A program made the translations under genes and the position numbers. The notes beneath the pieces were generated by a model. The model did not search any database. It worked only from the letters and a program-made list of their open reading frames with translations, and was not told where the DNA came from. Shown here piece after piece: positions 39,376 to 50,289 of a stretch of 64,000 nt of DNA (the stretch's first letter is position 1; every line of letters begins with the position of its first letter). Source of the DNA: Tubulanus polymorphus (taxonomy: Eukaryota > Animalia > Nemertea); NCBI RefSeq assembly GCF_964204645.1, contig NC_134027.1, positions 19,988,560 to 20,052,559 of the forward strand. Direction: 5' to 3'.

Positions 39376-40546
39376 TTATTCTAATTTTGTTTCTAATACA
39401 TTTATAAAATCATCTTCGTTTATATCAAATTCTCCATAAGTCTTTGGTATATTTATTGAGTTTAGTCGAGCCATCATTAATCTATAATCAGTAGGCATAT
39501 TAATTTTTTCTTTTATTTTTTCAAAGTTTTCATCAAAATCATAATTATAAAAATCAATATCATATCCAAAATTAATTATCAAATAAGTTGAATCTTTTCT
39601 TCTCAAATTTAATAATTTATACATTTGGTCAAGATTATCGTTTGCATAATCTAAAAATTTACGTAATAACAAATTATAGAATATTTCATATTGGTTAATA
39701 TTATAATCAAAATATTTGATATATTCTAAAGGGTTATTTAACAATGGTAACATACCCACTTTTTTATAAACATTAATTATATGTAATTTTGATTTATAAT
39801 GAGTAATTTTATCAACAGGTTCAATTTTTTTATTACAATAATCACATATTGATTCTTTTTCATTTTCTATGTGACCCTTAGATTTTTTATGTTTAGAAAA
39901 ATTACTTTTAGAAATATCTAAATTACAAATGTTACAATGTTTTTTAGAATCATCAATTATTTCATTATCTGTTATATCATTATCATTAGTTTCAATTGGG
40001 TTAACATTATTTATTTCATTATCTGTTATATTATCTATGGTATCATTAGTTTCAATTGGGTTAACATTATCTTTTATATTACTAACTGATATATCATTAT
40101 CATTATTATTCTTTTCTTTTTCTATATGTTTCTTTGATTTCTTATGTAATGCCCAATTTTTATATGACATATATTTCTTACATACATCACAATATTTTGG
40201 ATTATAATAATCTTTTTTTGATTCAATATCATATGTAGAGGGTATATTATAAGATGTAGATTCTGTTACATCTTCTATTTTAGTTTCAATATTATTACTA
40301 TTTTCTATTTTATATTCAATATTATCTTCTATTTTATATTCAATATCATTCTTATCTTCTATTTTAGGTTCAACATTATTTTCTATTTTGGTTTCAATAT
40401 TCTTATCTATTTTACTTATTCTATATTTGAATTGATTAAAGTAATCTCCAAAATACTTAATGTATTCATCATTAGGTAATATATAATATATATATATCTG
40501 TTATCATTTCACTTGGAGTTTGTATTTCATATATTCCACCTTCCAT
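39376..40546 (-). pseudogene. Multi-C2H2 zinc-finger protein in the variable slot, frameshifted
   Basis: Fingers C..C...HKKSKKH, CNIC...HKKSKGH, CDYC...HYKSKLH. Same start context as 4566. Confidence 0.7.
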
Positions 40547-40578
40547 TTATTATATAAATTTTTATCAAAGTTAAAATT

Positions 40579-41826
40579 TTAATACATAACACTTTTTAAT
40601 TGAGAATTTACAATATTTAATTGCGCGTCAGATATAATATAAATATGCATTTTGAAATTTAGGCTTCCTTTTTTCTTTGTCATGAATAATTGTATTCCAT
40701 CTTTAGTGTTTTGTAATTTCTTTCCAGAACCATGTAATGAATTATCCTCTGATGTTCTAAAATCTAACCATAATGCATATTTATTACCGGTATAATAATC
40801 AATTTGATTAATATTACAATTTTCAGATGATTTTACTTTTTCATTCATAAAATGTTTTCTAATTTCTGACCATTGATCAATCATTCTCATTCCTTGACAA
40901 AATATTTTATTTGCTATTCCTTCGATAATTATTTCTACTTTTGTTATTTCAGGATTATAATACTTATCAACCTGTATTGCACCATTAGAATATGTTGCAA
41001 TGGTAAAAAATATTAATATACCTTTAATAGATCTTCTTGGGAAGTTAATATTCTCATTAATAATTTCATCATTTGCATTAATAGTTACAGTTTTAAATTT
41101 ATCAATATAATCATATAATAATGAAAATCCTTGATTGTATTTAGTTTGAATTATACTTGAAATATTTTCATCAGTTACTGTATCATATTCTAAACATATA
41201 TTCGATAATTTATAACCCATATCTTTAACAACGCTAGATAATACAATTTCATTTACAGGAGCAAATGTTATTTCGAATATAACATCTTCTTGAATTGCGT
41301 ATTTATATAAAGGCGCATTATTATTTATCAATTCAAAGTCTAATGGAATTTTATATTTGCTTCCATAAATCTTTCTTATCAAATTATCTGCGGTACGAGT
41401 TACTATTGCGTCATTAGCTCCTGATCTTAATTTATTTTGGTTTTCTGATTGGATTCCTTGAAATATCATATTATTTCTATTTTCTTTAGTTAACCATAAA
41501 TCTTTATAATGCATAAATAAATTATAATCATCTAATGAGAAAACTATTTCTGGACCAATCTTTTTAGTTAATTTTTTAATCAAATATCTTCCAACATTAT
41601 CAACAACATAATTATTATTATTACCGATTACTTTTATATCGGCTGATAAATAAATACTATTTGGAACATAAAAAGTATTTTGTGTTAATCGAGGGATTCT
41701 AACATATAAAGTTTCATCAGGATTAATATTAGAAGGGTTATGAGTAATTATATGATGTGATCTTTCTGCTTTAATAGCATTAGATATTCTATGATTCTTA
41801 GAAGGATTGATATAACTCCCACTCAT
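40579..41826 (-). CDS. Major capsid protein (double jelly-roll), intact 415 aa
   Basis: Size, beta-strand periodicity and genomic position are typical of Polinton MCPs. The fold is inferred. Confidence 0.8.
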   Translation of the reverse strand: MSGSYINPSKNHRISNAIKAERSHHIITHNPSNINPDETLYVRIPRLTQNTFYVPNSIYLSADIKVIGNNNNYVVDNVGRYLIKKLTKKIGPEIVFSLDDYNLFMHYKDLWLTKENRNNMIFQGIQSENQNKLRSGANDAIVTRTADNLIRKIYGSKYKIPLDFELINNNAPLYKYAIQEDVIFEITFAPVNEIVLSSVVKDMGYKLSNICLEYDTVTDENISSIIQTKYNQGFSLLYDYIDKFKTVTINANDEIINENINFPRRSIKGILIFFTIATYSNGAIQVDKYYNPEITKVEIIIEGIANKIFCQGMRMIDQWSEIRKHFMNEKVKSSENCNINQIDYYTGNKYALWLDFRTSEDNSLHGSGKKLQNTKDGIQLFMTKKKGSLNFKMHIYIISDAQLNIVNSQLKSVMY

Positions 41827-41847
41827 TTATTTAACAAAAAAAATTAA

Positions 41848-43248
41848 TTATTTATTTTTTATCATGTTTACTAGCCCAGAAATAATTGCACTTACAACTG
41901 TAATTAAAAATAAAATAATATGTTCAGCAGCAAAGTTAATAATGTTTCCTGCAGATTTCAATATAAAACCAACAATTGATGCAATAATTCCTGGTAATGC
42001 TGCAGCAGATTTTTTAGATAGTTCCCATAAATATTTTGCTAATTTCTTTAAACCATCCTTAACTTTATCTTGTATAGAATTATTATTATCTGGGGGTTTA
42101 TCCGGTTTATTGGGAGTAGGAGTAGATTTCAGAGCATTTGATATTGCTAAACCAATTGTTGTAAATAACATAGTTACAGCTGTTAGAATTGAAAGAATTG
42201 TTATTCCTTCTAATTTGAATAATAATCTTATTCTATCTTTCAATGATATTTTAGAATCTGGTTTTATCAACAAATCTTTAAAAACATCTTTTAATCTTTT
42301 AAAATTATTACCAAATTCTTTTAATAATATATCTCTTTCACCTTTCAGTACTTCAAAATTATCTCTTAAATTGTCAATTTCTTTTTCTAAACGTAATTCT
42401 TTTTGCCTATATTCCATTTCACCAATTGCTTGATAGTCTAAATCAGACTTTATTTGTTCTATTTCTTTATTTTTATCAGTTAATTCTTTTTCTAAATTTC
42501 TAATTTCAATATCTCTTATACTTTTTTCATGCGCAATTTTATCAGATGCAAGTCTTATACTTTTAATTTCTCTAATTGCTTGAAAAGAAAATATATTATC
42601 TAAATCTTCTAATTCTTGATCTGTTGCATCAATTAATCCATTCGGTAAAAGTTTTTCAGTTTGAACTTTATTTGATTTAAGTTTACTAGTTTTGGAATTA
42701 ATAGCTTCTTTAGGAATTGTTTCTGGTTCTAAATTTTCATTAATTATCTTCAAAAATTTAGCATTTCTTTTTTAAAATACTTTTCTATTATCAATTATCT
42801 CTTTTTCTGTAACATCAGTTATAACATCATTAATGATTTTCTTAATTCTATCTGGTTTTAATAAATTAAAAGTTGATTGTTTTATTATTTTATCGTTACT
42901 TTTAAGATTTAAAATCTTAAAATAATAGTTGCCTTTCAATTTCCAATAATAATCACCATACTCCATACCTTTATTTGTTATATTGAAACCAGATTTTTTT
43001 AATATTGGTTTAAAATCACTAGCAATGTCATTATATTTAAATCCTTTTTCTGTTAATTCTGGTACTTCATTTTCAATACTTATCTTTGAACGTGTTTTAT
43101 CAATAAATTCAGGTGTAGTTAAATTAGAATTACGTCCTGGCTCATTACCGTCATTAAAACTTGTTTCACTAAAATCAGGTGGTTGTTCATCACTTATACC
43201 AGGTTCATCTAAAGGATCCAATGGAATATCTCCTCCACCTTCTGCCAT
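41848..43248 (-). pseudogene. Coiled-coil protein with C-terminal membrane helices, frameshifted
   Basis: Homolog of 5865-7329. Confidence 0.7.
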
Positions 43249-43264
43249 TTACATAATAAAAAAA

Positions 43265-44579
43265 TTAAAATTTAAAATATAATATTCCTCCGATTACAAT
43301 TCCTATACAAGTTAAAGCTAATTTAGCATTTTCATGGGATTTATTATCATCATTTAGTTTAATTATTTCATGTTGAATATTATCAGTTCTAATATTTTCT
43401 GATGTATTGTAATCTTTTATTTTAGAATCATTATTTAATTTAACATTATTAGTTTTAGTTTCTGTTGATTGAATGTGTTTTTTATTTTTTTCACCTTCCA
43501 TTAATTTTGGAGCAGTAATAATCTTTTTATTTATATCATTCAATCCAAATGAATTATTCATTGTTACAGTTTTAATTAGATTATTATAACCAATTATATT
43601 TCCCATCTTTAGTACTAAATCATTAGAAATAATTAATAGATTAGGGCCTATACAATAATTTAATCTAATATGTGATTTATCTGAATAATTTTGATATCTT
43701 ACAATGTTTTCTGGAATCGATCTATTTTTATCATTATGAATAGAATCTTCAAGTAATACTTTGAATTGTTTCTGCGCATCGAATGAAGTGTTATCATTTC
43801 CAATTATTGGGGATCTTGTTTCAACTTGCGCACCTAGAATACATATCAAATTAGTTCTAATAGATTGATTTATTCTTTGTATACCAGCTTTAGTAAAACC
43901 TTCACTATTTTCTAAAATGAAATTAACCCAACCATTATTGTGTTGTTGTTGTATATTATTATAATATTTTGGTAATTCATTCCAATTTAGTGTTCTTATA
44001 TCTGAATTTGTCATTATTTTTCCAAATTCTTTAGTAAATAATATTCCTAATCCACCCATTGTTCCAATTTTTGCTCTAAAATCTTTATTTGATTCAATTC
44101 TTTATTTGATTTAAATTCATTACATATTCTATAAAACTTAGAAAAATTAATATTATCATTCAATTCTTTAAAATATTTTGAACCAGGTAAAGGACATTCT
44201 AATTCATCTAATATTAATTTTATTTGAAAATATGTATGAAATCTAAAAAGTGATAACATCAATGGTAAACTTGGTTTGTTTAAATGATCATTCCAACTAA
44301 TTCCACATCCTGTTGTTGCGCAATAAACAGCAAAATTTAATTGGTTCTGCCAATACTTCATATTAGATTTTAATAACCATTGTTTTGCCTCATTTAAATT
44401 TTTGAAATTAATTGTATACACATGAAATATATTTTCCATCTTTACATGAAAATTATTACTTTCAGTAACATAAATATATAAATCAATTAATGAATTTAAA
44501 ACTTCATTTCTATATGTAATATCTTTATTAAAATCTATTGCAGGAATATTATATTTAATTGATTTATTATATCTGCCAT
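43265..44579 (-). pseudogene. Conserved Polinton protein with transmembrane tail, frameshifted
   Basis: Homolog of 7345-8731. Confidence 0.7.
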
Positions 44580-46064
44580 TTATATAACTAAAAAATTAAT
44601 AATTTATTCATTCTTTTAATAATTAGGGTTTTCTGTTATTTCACAGAAAACCCTATTGATATCCGCGTGATTATTAGGGTTTTCTGTTATTTCACAGAAA
44701 ACCCTATTGATATCCGCGTGATTATTATTATTATTATTTTCTTCCACACTATTTTTACCAAAAGAACATAGGCTTTGTTACCTTACCGCTGTTTCATATA
44801 CAATCCATATAATATCGTGAAGCTCACTGAGATCTACAAATAGCCCGCGTGTTTTTTCACGAATCATCGTTACAAAAGCGCTGTCGGGCCGTAAACATCG
44901 AAAATTTAGCCCCATTCAATGGGGCGACATGTTTTTCGAGTCGTCATCCCGAAATCAACCCGCAGGCCGACTGTCACTTCGATTATCAATTCAAGTATAA
45001 ATGAACTAATTTATTGCCGCAGACTTCAAATTCAGTCGCGGTCTTCAAACAGTGATTTTAACAATAGCCCATTTTCCTCATCAAATCCTATTACCGATAC
45101 ACTGGAAATTTACTACTTTAGATTTTAAAAGCACTGTCGAGCCGTAAACATCGACGAATCGACGTGTGTTACTACATCGTCGTTCCGGGGATCAGCTGCG
45201 AGTTTCCCCTCATCATGAGAATCAAATCGAGTACAAATTAATTTATTACTACCAGTGATTTGGCTGCGGGTTTCAAGGAGTTAGTATAACAATACCTTTA
45301 TTTCTTTACCGAATTAACCGTGTATTTACTAAGATAAATCTTTAGTGTACCGGGGAATCGTAGGCCTAAACGAAACACGCCGAAGAGATATAGCGGAGAA
45401 AAGCTGTTATGTCGACGAGGTATCAAAATAAAAGAATATATTACTTTATTCGGCCGCGGGATTCAACCTCTATATCAATACCATCAATACTCTATATTTC
45501 CTACAGTACATACCGATCATTGTCAAATGCACAAGGTATTTACTAAATACAAGTATATAACACACTCCTATCCGTATGCTGGACTCACACTTGACATTCG
45601 GAGTGAGCGTTCGCTGTGGGGGAAAGGGATCGTTCGCTGTGTCGCTTGAAGTGTTTATCGAGTTTGACGCGGCTTTAGGCCTACCGGTACTGAGCTTTAC
45701 TGTATCAAACAAACACAGTACAATTGTTGCGTTTATTAACGGACTCATTGGATTGAACTTCAAAACAAAATTTACGATATTTAGGTGGGTTGTTAAATTT
45801 AATAGGCCTACGACCAATCAGTCCGGATGTTAGGCCTACGCATATACATAGGCCTACATAGGCTAGTAGCCTCTACTAGGTGAAGCGTTCGCTGTGGGGG
45901 AAAGGAGATCGTTCGCTGTGTCGCTTGAAGTGTTTATCGAGTTTTACGCGACCTTAAGGCTTTAGTATGGTGGCTGATAAGGGCCATGCGTAAAATAACA
46001 TGTATATGCAAATGAGGGCGACATTATGACAAAACGACAAAATTAAAATAACGCGACAAAACAA

Positions 46065-48690
46065 TAATTTTGGTTTTGTCGCCCGCGACAATTCATTATT
46101 TTGGTTTTATCGCCCGCGACAATTCATTATTTGGTTTTATCGCCCGCGACAATTCATTAATTTGGTTTTGTCACCCGCGACAATTCAAGATTTTGGTTTT
46201 TCTGCCGCGACAATTCATTTTTTGGATTTGTCGCCCGCGACAATTCAATATTTTGGTTTTATCGCCAGCGACAATTCATTATATTGGTTTTATCGCCCGC
46301 GACAATTCATTAATTTGGTTTTGTCACCCGCGACAAAACAATATTTTGGTTTTGTCGCCCACGACAATTCACCATTTTGGTTTTATCGCCCGCGACAATT
46401 CATTATTTTGGTTTTGTCGCACGCGACAATAGCGACAATTCAAGATATTGGTTTTATCGCCCGCGACAATTCATTTTTTGGATTTGTCGCCCACGACAAT
46501 TCAATATTTTGGTTTTATCGCCTGCGACACTTCAATATTTTGGTTTTATCGCCTGCGACAATTCATTATTTTGGTTTTATCGACCGCAACAATTCATTTT
46601 TTTGGTTTTGTCGCTCGCGACAATTCAATATTTTGGTTTATCGCCCACGACAATTCATTATTTTGGTTTTGTCGACCGCGACAATTCTTCTTTTTGGTTT
46701 TGTCGCCCGCGACAATTCATTATTTTAGTTTTGTCGCCTGCGACAATTCACCATTTTGGTTTTGTCGCCCGCGACAATTCACCATTTTGGTTTTGTCACC
46801 CGCGACAATTCATTATTTTGGTTTTGTCACCCGCGACAATTCATTATTTTGGTTTTATCGCCCGCGACAATTCATTATTTTGGTTTTGTCACCCGAGACA
46901 ATTCATCATTTTGGTTTTATCGCCCGCGACAATTCATTATTTTGGTTTTGTCGCCCGTGACAATTCACAATTTTGGTTTTGTCGCCTGGACAATTCACCA
47001 TTTTGGTTTTATCACCAGCGACAATTCATTATTTTGGTTTTGTCACCCGCGACAATTCATTATTTTGGTTTTGTCGCCCGCGACAATTCAACATTTTGGT
47101 TTTGTCGCCCGCGACAATTCACCATTTTGGTTTTGTCGCCTGGACAATTCACCATTTTGGTTTTGTCGCCCGCGACAATTCATTATTTTGGTTTTGTCGA
47201 CCGCGACAATTCTTCTTTTTGGTTTTGTCGCCCGCGACAATTCATTATTTTAGTTTTGTCGCCTGCGACAATTCACCATTTTGGTTTTGTCGCCCGCGAC
47301 AATTCACCATTTTGGTTTTGTCACCCGCGACAATTCATTATTTTGGTTTTGTCACCCGCGACAATTCATTATTTTGGTTTTATCGCCCGCGACAATTCAT
47401 TATTTTGGTTTTGTCACCCGAGACAATTCATCATTTTGGTTTTATCGCCCGCGACAATTCATTATTTTGGTTTTGTCGCCCGTGACAATTCACAATTTTG
47501 GTTTTGTCGCCTGGACAATTCACCATTTTGGTTTTATCACCAGCGACAATTCATTATTTTGGTTTTGTCACCCGCGACAATTCATTATTTTGGTTTTGTC
47601 GCCCGCGACAATTCAACATTTTGGTTTTGTCGCCCGCGACAATTCACCATTTTGGTTTTGTCGCCTGGACAATTCACCATTTTGGTTTTGTCGCCCGCGA
47701 CAATTCATTATTTTGGTTTTGTCGATCGCGACAATTCTTCTTTTTGGTTTTGTCGCCCGCGACAATTCATTATTTTGGTTTTGTCGCCTGCGACAATTCA
47801 CCATTTTGGTTTTGTCGCCCGCGACAATTCACCATTTTGGTTTTGTCACCCGCGACAATTCATTATTTTGGTTTTGTCACCCGCGACAATTCATTATTTT
47901 GGTTTTATCGCCCGCGACAATTCATTATTTTGGTTTTGTCACCCGAGACAATTCATCATTTTGGTTTTATCGCCCGCGACAATTCATTATTTTGGTTTTG
48001 TCGCCCGCGACAATTCACAATTTTGGTTTTGTCGCCTGGACAATTCACCATTTTGGTTTTATCACCAGCGACAATTCATTATTTTGGTTTTGTCACCCGC
48101 GACAATTCATTATTTTGGTTTTGTCGCCCGCGACAATTCAACATTTTGGTTTTGTCGCCCGCGACAATTCACCATTTTGGTTTTGTCGCCTGGACAATTC
48201 ACCATTTTGGTTTTGTCGCCCGCGACAATTCATTATTTTTGTTTTGTTGCCCCCACAATTCTTTTTTTGGTTTTGTGGCCCGCGACAATTCATTAGTTTG
48301 GTTTTGTCGCTCGCGACAATTCAATATTTTCGTTTTATCGCCCACGACAATTCATTACTTTGGTTTTATCTCCAGCGACAATTCATTATTTTGGTTTTGT
48401 CGCCCGCGACAATTCTTCTTTTCGTTTTGACGCCCGCGACAATTCATTATTTTGGTTTTACATTTTGTTTTTGTCGCCCGCGACAATTTTTTTTGGTTTT
48501 GTCGCCCGCGAAAATTCATTATTTTGGTTTTATCGCCTGCGACAATTCAATATATTGGTTTTATCGCCCGCGATAATTCATTATTTTGGTTTTATTGCCC
48601 TGTGACAATTTATTATTTTGGTTTTGTTGCACGAGACAATTCATTATTTTGGTTTTATCGCCTGCGACAATTCATTATTTTGGTTTTGCC
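46065..48690. repeat. 31-bp tandem satellite array 1 with 525-bp higher-order repeat
   Basis: Consensus TTTTGGTTTTGTCGCCCGCGACAATTCATTA; a diagnostic variant recurs at 46671, 47196 and 47721. Confidence 0.95.
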
Positions 48691-49039
48691 GCCCAAAGAA
48701 AATTTTGAAGACGTTTTGATCAATTACCTTGATCTTTCGTTTATATTTGAATCTTCCAAAGGCCCATCAGCATAAGAAAATTGGGTCGATCTGACTCAAG
48801 ATGGCCGTCATATGACCTTTTTAGTGCCCAAGAATGTCAATTTTGGCCAGAATTCTAGGTCCTGTAGCTTCCTACTGGTTTGCCATTTCTCATTGCAATT
48901 GCTGATGGATATTCTTTAGAGAGGGATGTTTTATACCTGGGACAGGTATTTTTGATCAGCCAATTATGACGCAATTGGCGGCCATCTTGGTGTCATCAGT
49001 ACTCATTCGTAGGTGGGAAAAAGTTTTTCCACAATTAAT

Positions 49040-49461
49040 CGATACCTAAGCATATTGTGTTACTATATTCAATTGGAAAGTTGTAGCTCATAACGTGTTC
49101 TATGATTTTGGTGAGTTTCAAGGTCATTGGTTTTTGTATGTGGCCATCAGGGGGCGTTGAATAATACAATAACTTAGTATCGCTATATTATATTTGTACC
49201 AAGGCATATTTTGTTACCATGATCAATGGCAAAGTTGTAGTTCATGACATCGTCTATGATTGTGGTGAGTTTTTAAGGACATTAGTTATTCCATATAGTC
49301 ACCAGGGGGCGTTGAATAGTAGAAAAGCTTAGTTTTTCCTTATTAGTTGGTACCTAGGCATAGTTTGTTACCATGATCCATTGCAAAGTTGTAGTTCATG
49401 ACATCGTCTATGATTGTGGTGAGTTTTTGAGGACATTAGTTATTCCATATAGTCACCAGGG
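49040..49461. repeat. ~154-bp tandem repeat, ~2.7 copies
   Basis: AAAGTTGTAG at 49077, 49231 and 49385. Confidence 0.85.
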
Positions 49462-50289
49462 ATAACCCGTTATCGCTGCTTTGCAGCTATATTTATTATT
49501 ATTTTCTTCCACACTATTTTTACCAAAAGAACATAGGCTTTGTTACCTTACCGCTGTTTCATATACAATCCATTTAATATCGTTCAGCTCACTGAGATCT
49601 ACAAATAGCCCGCGTGTTTTTTCACGAATCATCGTTACAAAAGCGCTGTCGGGCCGTAAACATCGAAAATTTAGCCCCATTCAATGGGGCGACATGTTTT
49701 TCGAGTCGTCATCCCGAAATCAACCCGCAGGCCGACTGTCACTTCGATTATCAATTCAAGTATAAATGAACTAATTTATTGCAGCAGACTTCACATTCAG
49801 TCGCGGTCATCAAACAGTGATTTTAACAATAGCCCATTTTCCTCATCAAATCATATTACCGATACACTGGAAATTTACTACTTTAGATTTTAAAAGCACT
49901 GTTGAGCCGTAAACATCGACGAATCGACGTGTGTTACTACATCGTCGTTCCGGGGATCAGCTGCGAGTTTCTCCTCATCATGAACCTACGTGAAGTGAGC
50001 CTGTTATTCCAGCCTCGTATTCAGATATAGTGTGTACACACTGTAAAGCTGCCTGTAGATACTGGTTGACATGAAATGTATAACTTAGCATGACGGAGCG
50101 ATGATAACTAACGTTAACGTTAGTATATAGCATCGGATACTGATACTCAAATTTCTCTGAAACAAAAACGCCAGGTTTCGTAAAAACTGAGTATATAACT
50201 GAGTAGGCTCGATTGTTCAAGTAGATGTATAAAGTAAATGTCTGTGCATCGATTTGTTCAGGTATTATTTCAACTCGCGATTGCATCAT

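Noticed and set aside
44623-44680. Telomeric TTAGGG repeats
   Set aside because: Single hexamers that are part of the Helentron head.
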